Below, piece by piece: positions 29,641 to 46,735 of a stretch of 64,000 nt of DNA. The stretch is taken from assembly GCF_009914755.1 (NCBI RefSeq), contig NC_060937.1. One strand, given 5' to 3'. The notes below the pieces were generated by a model that searched no databases, was not told the origin of the DNA, and saw nothing but the letters and a program-made list of their open reading frames with translations. A program made the translations under genes and the position numbers. Positions within the stretch are counted from its first letter, which is position 1, and every line of letters starts with the position of its first letter. The DNA is from the human T2T-CHM13v2.0 reference genome, Homo sapiens.

Positions 29641-32451
29641 CAAGATTTATTGTATTTTTAATTGACATAACTATAGATATATATGGGAAACAATCTATTG
29701 TTTTAATACGTGTTCCTTGTATTACGATCAAATCCAGCTAATTTTAGCAAACCTATCACCTCAAACACTTTTCATTTCTTTGTGGTAAGAACATTCGAAA
29801 CCCTCTCTTCTAGCTATTTTGAAACATAAAATATATTATTGATAACTATAGTCACCCTACTGTGCAATAGAAATCAGAACTTATTCCTCCTATCTAATTG
29901 TACCTTTGTACCGCTGACTAACCTCTTTCTACCCCCGTCAGTCCCTGATAATCACCATTCTATTCTCTATTTATAGGAGATAAGCTCTTTTAGATTCCAC
30001 ATACAGTGAGATCATTTCATATTTTTCTTTTTGTGTCTGACTTATTTCACTTAACATAATGTTTTCCAGTTTCATCAGTGTTGTTGCAAATGATAGGATT
30101 TCATTCTTTTTGTGGCAAATGATAGGATTTCATTCTTTTTGTGGCTGAACAGTATTCAATTGTGTACATATTATGTTTGCTTTATCTGTTCATCTGTTGA
30201 TCATGGTGAATAGTTATTTTTGATGTGTTATTGAATTCAGTTTGCTAATATTTTGTTGAGAAATTTTACAACTGTTTTCATCAGGGATATTGGCCTGAAG
30301 TTTTCTTTTTTTGTTGCATCCTTATCTGGTTTTGGTATCAGGGTAATGCTGGCCTTACAGAATTAGATTGGAACAGTTCTCTCTTCTTCAAATTTCTGAA
30401 ATAGTTTGAGAAGAATTAGCTCTTCCTCAAATGTTTGGTAGAATTCAGCAATGAAGACATCTGGTCCTGGGCTGTTTTTTGATGGGAGAATTTTTATTAC
30501 TGATTCTATCCTCTTATTATTGATCTGTTTAGATTTTCTATTTCTTCATGATTCAATCTTGGTAGATTGTATATGTCTAGGAATTTGTTCGTTTCTTCTT
30601 GATTATCTAATTTCTTGGCATATAGTTATAATAGTTTCTTATGACCCTTTGTATTTCTGTGGTATTAGTTGTAATATCTCCTTTTTCATCTCTGATTTTA
30701 TTTATTTTAGTCTTCTCTCTTCTTTGTTAATCTGACTAAAGGTTTGTTGATTTTGTTTATCTTTTTTAAAAATACCAACTCTTTGTTTCATTGATCTTTT
30801 TTTGTATTTTTGTCTCTATTTTGTTGCTTTCTCATCTGATTTGTATTATTTCTTTCCTTCTACTAATTTTGGGTTTAGTTTGGTTTTGTTTTTCCAGTTC
30901 TTGAGGTGCAACATTCATCTGTGCGTTTGAGATTTTTTTCTTTTTTGATGGAGGTATTTATTACTAGAAATCTCCTTTTATTACTGCTTTTGCTGTTATC
31001 TCATAAGTTTTGGTATGCTGTGCTTCCATTTTGATTTGTCTCTAGCATTTTTAAAATCTTCCTTTTAATTTACTCATTGACCCATTGATTGTTAAGGAGT
31101 ATGTTGTTTAATTTCTATGTATTTATGTAGTTTCAGAAGTTCCTCCAGTTACTGATTTCTAGTTCCATACCATTGTGGTTAGAAACAATAATTGATATAA
31201 TTTTGATTTTTCAAAATGTATTAAGACTTTTTTGTTGCTTACTATATGATCTGTCCTGGAGAATATTCCATGTACACTTGAGAAGAATGTGTATTTTCTG
31301 CTGTTGGATGGAATAATTAGTCTATATCCGCTAGGTTCATTTGTAAAAAGTGCTATCCAATTTCAATATTTCCTTTTTAATTTCCTATCTCATTGATCTG
31401 TCCATTGTTGTAAGTGGAGTATTGAAGTCCCCTACTATTATTGTATTGCCATCTATTTCTTCCTTTATGACCATTGATATTTTCTTTACATATTTAGATG
31501 CTCTAGTGTTGGGTGCATATATATTTGCAATTGTTATATCTTCTTGGTGAATTATACCTTTTCTCATTAAATAATAGCCTTCTTTGACTCTTGTGACAGT
31601 TTTTGAATTAAAGTCTATTTTATCTGATACAGGGATAGCTACCTCTGCTCCCCTTTGTTTACCATTTGTATGGTGTATCTTCTTTATCTCTTTACTTTCA
31701 GCCTATGCATGTCCTTAAAGCTAAAGTGGGTATATTATAGGCAGCATAAAGTTGGATCTTATTTATTTAATTCATTCAGCTACTCTATGTTTTCATTGGA
31801 GAATTTAAGTCATTTACATTCAAAATAATTATTAACAGATAAGGATTTAGTCTTGCTATTTTGTTAATTATTTTCCAATAATTTTGTAGATCTTTGTTCC
31901 TTTTTTCCTCTCTTGTCTATCTTTGTGTTTTGGTGAGTTTTGTTAGTGCTAAATTTAGATACCTTTTTCTCTATTGTTTGTGTATCTGCTACAGGTTTTT
32001 TATTTGTGGTTACTATGAGGCTTACGTAAAGCATCTTAGCGTTATAATAGACTATTTTATACTGATTGCAACTTAACTTCAGTAGTATACATCATAGACT
32101 TTTACCTCCCATTTTTATTTTTGATGTGACTATTTGTATCTTTTTGAAACATTTATTTCTTAACAACTTCTTATGGCTATACTTTTAACTGTTTTGAATT
32201 TTAACCTTCATACTAGAATTATATATGATTTATAGAGCACCATAACAGTCTTGCAGTATTCTGAATTTGGTTGTCTGAGAAAGACTTTATTTCTCCTGCA
32301 TTTCCAAGGACAAGCTTGACTCCTTTGATGTACTTTGGCACTCTAGTTATTTTCATCAAAATGTAGTTGTTCATTATTGTTTTGCCTGTCTTTGAGGCAA
32401 AGGGGAATGGGTGCTAAGGCCTTCTAGTCAGACATCTTGCTGACATCACTC
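29641..32451 (-). mobile_element. L1MA/L1M with internal deletions (3'UTR, endonuclease region of ORF2, 5' end)
   Basis: ORF 31385-31567 encodes IHQEDITIANIYAPNTRA..IIVGDFNTPLTTMDRS (L1 EN); L1 3'UTR at 29650-30200. Confidence 0.85.
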
Positions 32452-32955
32452 TATCACTCTTACTAATAGGATTTATTAATTATCATGTAGTCAAATATAT
32501 TAATCTTCGGCTTTATGTTATGTATGTGTATATTTTGTCTTATTTAAGAAAAGTTTTCCTACCCCCAAAGTAAAAAAGATATACTTCAATATTTTATTTT
32601 AAGTTTTTACATTATTTTCCTTCAAACTTAAACTTATAGTCAACTGAAATTTTTGAGTTGTGTGTAAGATATGCCTCCAATGTCACTTTTTTTCACGACT
32701 AACCAAGTGTTTCAGCACACTTGTGATCAGCCCATCTTTCCTTACTGATGCCCTGCCTCCCTGTCACAGATCTTTTCTATGTCTACGTGGGTCTGTTTCT
32801 GCCTTCTCTGATCTGCTCCATTGGTCTCTTCATTGATACTGTAAAGTCACAATCACTATTGCTTCATAGCAAATCTTAATTCTGGTAGGGCAAGTTCCTC
32901 CAATTTATTATTTGAGATGTCTTGCCTATCATTGTCCCTTTGCTTTTATATATAT

Positions 32956-33368
32956 TGTCAGGCCTCTGAGCCCAAGCTAAGCCATCATATGCCCTGTGAC
33001 CCGCACGTACACATCCAGATGGTCGGTTCCTGCCCTAACTGATGACATTCCACCACAAAAGAAGTGAAAATGGCCTGTTCCTGCCTTAACTGATGATATT
33101 ACCTTGTGCAATTCCTTCTCCTGCCTCATCCTGGCTCAAAAGCTCTCCTGCTGAGCACCCTGTGACCCCTGCCCCTGCCCGCCAGAGAACAACCCCCTTT
33201 GACTGTAATTTTCCTTTACCTACCCAAATCCTATAAAATGGCCCCACCCCTATCTCCCTTCTCTGACTTTCTTTTCGGGCTCAGCCCTCCTGCATCCAGG
33301 TGAAATAAACAGCCTTGTTGCTCACCCAAAGCCTGTTTGGTGGTCTCTTCACACAGACACGATTGAAA
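32956..33368 (+). mobile_element. Solo LTR7-family (HERV-H) LTR
   Basis: tgtcaggcctctgagcccaagc...cctataaaa..aataaa..ttgaaa; near-TSD tatat/tacat. Confidence 0.92.
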
Positions 33369-34399
33369 TACATATTTTACAATTTGTACAACTCTTTGAC
33401 AAAACGTTGGTGACATTTTTATTGAAGCTGTTTTGAATCTTTAAATCTATTTGAATAAAAACAGACACCTTTATGGTATTGAATCATCCTTTAATGAACT
33501 TAGTATGTTTCTTATTTTATTTAGGTCTATTTACTATCTCTCAATAAAGTTCTCTAAGTATCTGCACAACAGTTCTGCACATCTTTATGAGATATACTTT
33601 AGAATGACTTTTTAAACTTTTCTGGCTGTAACAACTGTTTTAAAATATTTTCCAGCTGTCTTTGCTTTATAAAAATTCAATTGTTTGCTAGAAACTTATA
33701 TTAAACTTCTTACCAAAGCTAATAGTTTCTTTGCAAATCATTATAGATTTTTTTATGTAGACAATCAACCGCTGTGAATAATGAAAATTTATTTCTTCTT
33801 TTCCAATCCTTATAACTTTAATTTATTTCTCTCATCTTAATGCACTTGTGGGGACCACCAACTCAATATATATTTTTAAAAAAAACAGTGAACATCTTGA
33901 CCTTTTCCTAATTATAAATGAAAAAGCTTCTAGAATTAGAAGCACCAGTAATGTTAGTGCTAGTGTTTGGAAACATACCTTCAGATTTTAAAAGTCCTAT
34001 ATATTGCAAGTTTGCTAAGACTTTTTCATGAAGGGTATTGAATTTTACTGAATGTTTTTATGCCTCTGTTGAGATGATTATGATTTTTCCCTATTAATGT
34101 ATTAACATTCTAAATTATATGAGATTTTCTACTTTCCAACCAACATTGCAGTTCTTGAAATAAACCCATAGTGATGTTTTATTATTTTATTTTTATATAT
34201 TGCTAAATTGGATGTGATATGCCAATTTGTTTTAGGGGGTTTTTGTCTCCATTCATGAGTGAGATTTGTCTTCCATTTTCCTTGTATTGAATTTGTAAAA
34301 CGTTTTACTAGCTGCATAAAATTAAGGAAGAACCTGTGTGTGGTTGGAATGATCTATTCCTGGAATGTGAGGCACATCCTCCTTGCAAAGCCAGATGAC

Positions 34400-34572
34400 T
34401 CTGTGCCAGGCAGTGGATTCAGTGCATTAGGTGACTTGTCTCATTTGATCCTTGCAACATGAGGAAATGGAAGCCCAGAGAAGTTAACAAACTGGCCAAA
34501 GATCACCCAGGTAAGAAATGACAGAGGGGAATGTACTTAGGCCATCTGACTCAAAGACAACACTCCTAACCA
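34400..34572 (-). mobile_element. MIR
   Basis: tgtgccaggc..ctcatttgatcct..atgaggaaa..gcccagagaagtta..catctgactc. Confidence 0.75.
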
Positions 34573-36249
34573 TTGGGTACCAATGAGTTTTTAAATGACC
34601 ACTGTGTGGCAATGTAAAGAATGACTTAGAGATGACCAAAAATGGACAGTCAATGGAAGGATTTCTCATGAGCGACTCACATGGAATATGGAAGGAGAGA
34701 CAGGATTTTTATTACTTAAAATTGGACCCTGGTACTGAACTGAAAAACTTTCAAATGCAGTTTGGCTTGTGTCAAAAGTCCCCTGTTTTACTAATGTCTG
34801 TAGAGCAGGGCTTCAGATTTCATAGCCAACAGCTTCAAGAACTTTCAAAAACGTGGCAGGCAGGACTCCCTTGTGGGTTTGGGTTGCTTTGTGAGGCTGA
34901 GGGTTATGTATTGTGCTTTGGAGGCTTCCATAACACGGCACCTCCCTTTTTGAAAAAGTTCCCCTTGAGAGTTAACTCTGCTTTATATTTCAGAGAGGGG
35001 CTGGGGTGTTTTGTTGAAGACTCCTTTTAATACAAACAGCAAATGTAACTTCTGAGATTTCTTAGAAGTTTAGCTGTGGGTACTGTTGTTTTGACTAGGC
35101 ATTCAAATTTCCCACCAAAGTGAAAACAGGTTTAAAAAAAATCCAGCAGATCACTTGAGAGACTATAACAGAGGATGTGTCTCTGCTTGAGGTGGGGATA
35201 GACTCTCCCAGAGAGCAATCAGATGCTTATGCCCAGGGGTTGCTCAAGTGGGGCCTTTAGAGAACTGGCTTAGATTATCTATGTAGGTGGGGTCCCTTGG
35301 GCTGCCTTTGGACCAGCCCTGCAGAGGAGGGTGGGGACTGCTGGGTCATTTTGTCTATTCTCCTCTGGTAGAATGTATGAAAGCAAAGGGCAAAAGGTAA
35401 AGTAATTTCTATACTCATGGATCCTCTTTTGTTTTTTTCTTTTGCCCTTTTATTTGTTAAACCTCTTGAGGTCAAACAATCTTTAATTTCATACAAAGTA
35501 AGCAGAAATCTGCAATTAACATGAAAACGAAGTATCCATTGATGAACACCAGAACAGCAATTTCATGATTTTTTAAAAATTCACCTGAATTGGCCATCAT
35601 CTCTTATCATTGCTACAAGAGGAGAAAGGAAGCTTTCTTTTCCAGACACTTGAATAAGTAAATATGACAAGGACATAAGTAATGAAGACAAAAACAACTC
35701 ATTCCACATATCCTTGGAGATACAGAAACAGGCATATATTTAATTCTCTCTAGCTGAGAAAAATAGTTGAAAATGTATTCTATTAAGGGAAATCATGAGG
35801 GGAAATATAGAGAAAGTTGAATGGGAGCTATGTATTTAAGTATGTCTGGAATTTTTTCTTATAGATCAAACTACATGTAGTCTTTTCTTTTCACTAACCC
35901 TAACATTTGACAAAGTTCCTTTATTCATTTTGCTATTTAGCTAGAATTCATTAAGTTCAGATTCTTCATTGAACTATGGTTCATGTACTTGAGTTACCAT
36001 ATAAAGGACATCTTATAGTTTTGGTACTTTCCACATAGTATTTGTGCTTATCCAAATTGATTGATTAAATAAAGAGAGATTAGGAACAGTTACCAAGGAT
36101 CTCTATGATGCTGAGTTGCACCATTAGAAATTGAGGATCTTAGGAACTGGTTCTGCCAGTTTTAAAAAGCTAGGTGAAATAACTCACAGACCACTGCATA
36201 GGCCAACGATTCCCTGATTTGAGGTTCAAAGCTAAATAATTAAAACAAA

Positions 36250-37620
36250 TATGGAGAGAGAGAGACTTCAAGTATGAACATGGATGTTAAGTCAGCATCT
36301 TTTCCCTTCTCCTCCTAGAGGTTATATGAAAGTTAACAAGGAGGAAGAAGCAAAACTATAAACTTTGCATTCAGTAAAACTAGTATACAGTTATTATCCA
36401 CTTACTTCAAAATATATGTAAGGATGCCAAAACAAGCTTAGACTGGACATAGCCAAATAGAAATGCAGAGAAAACCACAAAGATGACTAAATGTCTCAAA
36501 GCCAAGAAAAATATACTTCCTGAAGGTCAGGAGTCTTACCCTGAAGTGCAAACCTATATAGATCACTTGGATCGATGGGAGTACAAACTGGGGTTAGCAG
36601 GGAAGGTTGAGGAAGTCTCTCTGGATGTAGTTTGGCTCAGAGAAGGAAAGAATAAAAGACCACACAATAATGTAGAAGAATTATATAGAAGAGCCATTTT
36701 CACATTAAGCAGTGTGTCTGCATGATAGAGGAGAAAGTGTTTAGGTTGTGAAGCCTGGAAGGCTGCACTACCCCTACAGATGCACACTCACGTGCACACG
36801 CACATACATGCTCATGCTCACATACCAACCTTCAGCAAAATCCAGTTCAAGAAAAATGTGTTTATGCAAGCTATAAGAAAAAGTCAGTAGAAAAACACTG
36901 AGTCAAAGATAGTATAAGATTAAAAGTATGAGGAAACTAGAAAACTTAGGACAAAGAATACTCACTAAAACTTTTAGCCATGCAGCAAATAAAAATTATG
37001 ACCAAATATTTTACTATGATTTAAAAGAAAAAATTAAGAAGGTAATCACTTTAATGAAAAAATAATTACAATCCAGAAATACAGAACTTGAAAGGGCAAT
37101 ATAACAAGAGATGAAATTAAAGTAGCAGAACTCAGGAAAGAAATAGAAAACAAATGAAAATATCACAGAAATTAAAATGAAATCAGAATACAAGGGAAGC
37201 TGGGTGTGGTGGTTTACACCTGTAATCCTAGCACTTTGGGAAGCTGAGGCAGGTGCATCACTTGTGCCCAGGAGGTTGATGCTGCAGTGAGCTGTGATCA
37301 TACCACTGCACTCCAGCCTGGACAGCAGAGGGAGACCCTGTCCCAAGAAAAAAAAAACAAAAAGCAACAACAAAAAAAACCCCTAAAATGGAGAGGTGAT
37401 AATGAAAAAACCACAATAAGTAATACAGAGGATATATAAAAAGTAAACAATGTAAAATGGAATAAATGGATAAAAAGATTACATACACACAATGATAACT
37501 AGACAAGACAGACAAAGGTGATTCAATTTGTACATAATTGGAGTCCCTAAGAAAGAATTAAACAAATAATTTAACATATATATCAAGAAAAATTATTCAA
37601 GTAAAAGAAAATTTGAAAAA
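36250..37620 (+). mobile_element. Old L1M 5'/ORF1 region
   Basis: A-rich and degenerate; ataattggagtccc..gaa and caagaaaatt ORF1-type motifs. Confidence 0.5.
37198..37365 (+). mobile_element. Alu monomer (FRAM-like or left/right recombinant)
   Basis: Left-arm start agcactttggga joined to right-arm end cactgcactccagcctgg and poly(A). Confidence 0.8.
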
Positions 37621-37649
37621 ATATATGCTTATATATACACAACAATACT

Positions 37650-38050
37650 TGCATGTCCATTTATAGGCTCTCTGCAAGAAGAAAAATATGGTTCTTTTTG
37701 CCCAACCCCACAGGCAGTCAGACCTTATGGTTGTCTTCCCTTGTTCCCTAAAAATCACTGTTATTCTGTTCTTTTTCAAGGTGCACTGATTTCATATTGT
37801 TCAAACACACGTTTTACAATCAATTTGTACAGTTAACACAATTATTACAGTGGTCCTGAGGTGATGTACATCCTCAGCTTACAAAGATAACAGGATTAAG
37901 AGATTAAAGTAAAGACAGGCGTAAGAAATTATAAAAGTATTATTTGGGAACTGATAAATGTCCATATTAAAATGAAATCTTCACAATTTATGTTCCTCTG
38001 CTGTGGCTCCAGCCAGTCCCTCCTTTCGGGGTTCCTGACTTCCCACAGCA
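37650..38050 (-). mobile_element. MER11 (HERV-K11/HML-8) LTR, 5' 400 bp only
   Basis: Minus strand starts tgctgtgggaagtcaggaaccccgaaaggagggactggctggagcc..gaacataaattgtgaagatttc. Confidence 0.85.
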
Positions 38051-39210
38051 ATGTTCTTCAGTGTCTGGGCTTTGAAGAGTTAGATATTTATTATAGTCTT
38101 CACTGTCTGGGCTTATTCTTAGCCATCCTTCTTGGGAAGGCTTTCCAGTTATTCAAAAGGACTTGGGTGCTGTGATGTAAGCTAGTTCTGCTTTAGGGGG
38201 CCCCTCAAGTTCAGTAACACCATGGTTCTTGCAGACTTTTAGAGGTACTGCCTTGATGATCTGGTTTTGGACCAGATCTGGGAGAATTCTCTGGATTGCC
38301 AAGCAGAGACTTTTGTTCTCTTCCCCTACTTTCTAAACACACAGTCTCTTTTTCTGTTCAGAGCCACTGAAAGCTGGGGGTGGAGTGACACAGCACCCTT
38401 GTGGCCCCCTCTACTATGAATGCACTGAGTCAGATCTGAAGCCAGCACAGCACTGGATCTCACCCAAGGCCTGCTGTAACCACTCCCTGGCTAGTGCCTA
38501 TGTTCACTCAAGGCCCCGGGGCTCTACAATCAGCAGGTAGCAAAGCCAGCCAGGCCTGTATCCTTTCCTTCAGGGCAGTGAGGTCCCTCAGGCCCTGGGT
38601 GGGTCCAGAAATGCCATCTGGGGGTCAGAGACTAAAGTCAAAAACCTTAGAAGTCCACCTGATATTCTATTGTGTTGCAGCTGAGCTGGCACTCAAACCA
38701 CAGGATGCAGTCATTCCCACTCTTCCTTCCTCTTTCCAAAAGCAGAGGAGCCACACCCTGTAGCCACTGCCACCCCAGGCCACGAGGGGTACTCCCAGAC
38801 TACCACCAATGTTCCCTTGAGGCCCAAGCCCTCTTAAGTCAGCTTGTTGTGAATGCTGCCTGGCCTGTGACTCACACTTTAGGGCACTGGAGTCCCCTCT
38901 GGTCCAGGGCAGGTCCAGAAAAGCTGTTCCAGAGTCAAGTCCTGGAATCAGGGACCCCAAGAACCCTCTTGATGCTCTACACCACCATGGCAGTGTTGGT
39001 ACCTAAGGTGCAAGACAACGTCTCCTTCGTCTCAAGCAGAAGGAGTTTTGCCCCATAACCACCACAGCTGGTAATATGCTGAGTCTCACCTGAAACCAGC
39101 AAGGCTTAGAGGCTCATCAAGACCCATGATGTAGTACCTGGGCAGCGGATTCCCTTCTGGCCCAGAGAGGCTCTCTGGAGCCTTCTGTTCCACCATCTTG
39201 CTCCACCTCC
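38051..39210 (-). mobile_element. L1M/L1MA 5' UTR region
   Basis: tgggaaggctttcca..ctcaaggccc..cagggcagtgagg; ends caccatcttgctcc, the L1 5' terminus on the minus strand. Confidence 0.7.
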
Positions 39211-39627
39211 TCAATTTATAGAAAAGTTTTAAAATTATGTGTTTAAGTGCTCTAGGACAGTGATTTTCAAAATTACTTTAACTTTGAAATGATTTTCACA
39301 AGATAAGTTTTATATGGAAGCCCCATAATAAAACAGATGAAAAACAAATCCCCTCTGGAAACTGAGGGACAGGTATCTTCAGCATTCCAATTAGAATTTA
39401 AGGTGAATGTGTCTGCTGTCAGGTAGGCAGGTAGAGTAGAAGATGGGGATCTGAGAAGAATGGGAGGAGTTTGGAACAAGAAAGTGAGGGTACTAGAGAT
39501 AGTCAAAGAATTGTCTGGCAAGATTCCTACTTCATTTTTCTGACATTTTGTTTCCCTTTGATGGTAACATAAATAACTCAAATATATGAACTATTTCAAA
39601 TATATATTTTCAAAGTTAAAAAATTTT

Positions 39628-39962
<335 letters not shown>

Positions 39963-40019
39963 TCACCAACTATCAAAACCACACAATTAGCTAAGGAGAA
40001 AGGCCAGTAGTAGGAGTAG

Positions 40020-40687
40020 TGAAGCTGCCTTTGCAAAAATTACATCAGTGAGAAAATTATGACAGTGAAGGAGAGCTGAGTTAACCCAGCCCCCATCTTG
40101 CCTTTTCCTTATTTATTCCTGGGCTTTTGGGCCAACATGACTTTGAGAGACATTCAGACTATAGTTTAATAGGCCTCCCCCAAAACTCAACCACTTTATA
40201 AAGCTAATGTAAGGCCATCAAGCTGGGGGAGGAGAGGAGCCTGATTCTGCTAACCTGTAGGCATAGACTGCCAGCCATTCCTGCAGAGAACACCACTATT
40301 GTAGATTAGGCTTTTGAGATATCTTTATAGGGTTTTTGTTTGTTTGTTTGTTTGTTTTTTTAATGTCTGACACCCATGGCTCCACTTAGACCCACCAACC
40401 CTGCTCCTGTGGCCCCACCCAGAAGTGATTCAGCATGCAGGAGGACAGCTTCCACCGTCTATGATTTCATCTTCGTCCCGACCAATTAGCAGCAAGCCTA
40501 GCTCCCCCAACACTTCCCCCAAACTGCCTCTGAAAAACTCTGAACCTAGGAGCTTTGGAGGAGATGATTTGAGTGCTAACTCTGTCTCCCACATGGTGTG
40601 GCTGGCCTAGTGTTAAACTCTTTATTTACTACAATGTCATGGTCTTTATTTGTGCAGTGAGCAGGAAGAAACCCTTGGGTGGTTACA
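40020..40687 (+). mobile_element. Solo ERV1 LTR (LTR8A-like)
   Basis: tgaagctgcctttgcaaaaatta...gcaggaagaaacccttgggtggttaca; near-TSD gtag/gcag. Confidence 0.75.
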
Positions 40688-41835
40688 GCAGTAAAAGTTC
40701 CATTTTACAGATTAGGCAATATAGCCACGATTGAGTTGAAATATTTTTAGAAATATTTGCAAATAATTATCCAAGTAGCAAATTGTATTCATAATTGATT
40801 TCATAAACCTGCTTTAACTAGAATTATTAATTCACATATATTACTGAATTTAAGTTTAAATTCACTGAATAAAAGAGTAAAAAGTGGTATTTGCTAAGAT
40901 TATGAAATATTTTTCTAACTATTCCCTTTACCCATCTCTGAGATGATTCTGATTGCAAAGTCATTTGTGTTGCATCCAGAGTTTGTCCCTCAAAACTTGC
41001 CCTAATATCCCCTCAGAAGATAGTCAGTTTCCTTTTTCTGTGACATATATGGTGTTTTATTTTACTTTAGACTCAGATAAAATCAGTCACTCTTGGATGT
41101 GGATTCCTTCTTTCATTGTGCTCCACAGGAAGCCTTGCTGGAATGAAGTGTTGATTAGGAAGTACATGAGATAAGGAGCCAATTATTTCTATGCAAACTA
41201 CTTAAATACAGTGATTTTTGTTCACACAAGGAGGATCAAAAGAATATGAGCCATCTGGAATCTAGAGAATTGAAGAAATGCATTAGTTCCAACTATCAGG
41301 AAAAAGGAGAGGAGAAAGCTGTTGACTTTTAAAAGTAGTGACTTTAAAATAACTTGTTTGGGAATCCAATCCTGCTCTGCAAATTCTGAAGGAAGATAAT
41401 TTCTGCAGTGGCCACATGAGTTCTGTGGACTCCCCCTCAAAAGCAAAACAAACAAACAAACAAACAATCATCCATAACTGTTAACAATGTGTAAAAAAAA
41501 AACTACTTAAAGTCTCTGAAAATTGTCATAAAGTCATACAGAAAACAAATAAATATGTATTCAAGAAAACCTATTACATTTATTTTTTTTTCTTTATTTC
41601 TTTTAATGATTTAATTTATTATTATTACTATTATTATATTTTAAGTTCTAGGGTACATATGCACAATGTGCAGGTTTGTTACATATGTATACATGTGCCA
41701 TGTTGGTGTGCTGCACCTGTTAACTCGTCATTTACATTAGGTATATCTCCTAATGCCATCCCTACCCCCTACCCCACTCCATGACAGGCCCCAGTATGTG
41801 ATGTTCCCCACCCTGTGTCCAAGTGTTCTCATTGT

Positions 41836-45650
<3,815 letters not shown>

Positions 45651-45713
45651 TATTATGTTAGCTGGTTATTTTGCTCATTAGTTGACGCAGTTTCTTCTTA
45701 GCATCTATGGTCT

Positions 45714-46735
45714 TTACAATTTGGCATGTTTTTGCAGTGGCTGGTACCAGTTATTCCTTTCCATGTTTAGTGCTTCCTTCAGGAGCTCTTGTAATGCAGG
45801 CCTGGCGGTGACAAAGTCTCACAGCCTTTGCCTGTCTGTAAAGGATTTTATTTCTCCTTCACTTATGAAGCTTAATTTGGCTGGATATGAAATTCTGGGT
45901 TGACAATTCTTTTCTTTAAGAATGTTGAATATTGGCTCCCACTCTCTTCTGGCTTGTAGAGTTTCTGCTGAGAGATCTGCTGTTAGTCTGATGGGCTTCC
46001 CTTTGTTGGTAACCCGACCTTTCTCTCTGGCTGCCCTTAACATTTTTTCCTTTGATTCAAGTTTGGTGAATTTGACAATTATGTGTATTGGAGTTGCTCT
46101 TCTCGAGCAGTATCTTTGTGGCGTTCTATTTCCTGAATTTGAATGTTGGCTTGCCTCGCTAGGTTGGGGAAGTTCTCCTGGATAATATCCTGCAGAGTGT
46201 TTTCCAACTTCGTTCCATTCTCCCTATCACTTTCAGGTACACCAGTCAGAGGTAGATCTGATCTTCTCACATAGTCCCATATTTCTTGGAGGTTTTGTTT
46301 GTTTCTTTTTGCTCTTTTTTCTCTAAACTTCTCTTCTCACTTCATTTCGTTCATTTGATCTTCTGTCACTGATACCCTTTCTTCCACTTGATCAAATCAG
46401 CTACTGAAGCTTTTGCATGTGTCATATAGTTCTCGTGCCATGGTTTTCAGCTCCATCAGGTCATTTAAGGACTTATTTAGACTGTTTATTCTAGTTAGCC
46501 ATTCGTGTAATCATTTTTCAAGGTTTTTAGCTTCTTTGCGATGGGTTTGAGCTTCCTCATTTAGCTTGGAGAAGTTTGTTATTGCCAATTGTCTGAAGCC
46601 TTCTTCTCTCAACTCATCAAAGTCATTCTCCGTCCAGCTTTGTTCCGTTGTTGTCAAGGAGCTGCATTCCTTTGGAGGAGAAGAGGCACTCTGATTTTTA
46701 GAATTTTCAGCTTTTCTGCTCTGGTTTCTCCCCAT
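45714..46735 (-). pseudogene. L1 ORF1, disrupted
   Basis: MGRNQSRKAENSKNQSASSPPKE..., ENFPNLARQANIQIQEI, LRAAREKG..RLTADLSAETLQARR in separate frames. Confidence 0.95.

Larger units (their letters stand above)
29150..34370 (-). mobile_element. Old L1ME-type element hosting a younger L1M and an LTR7
   Basis: Degenerate L1 3'UTR/ORF2 antisense motifs at 29150-29630 and 32460-34370. Confidence 0.6.
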
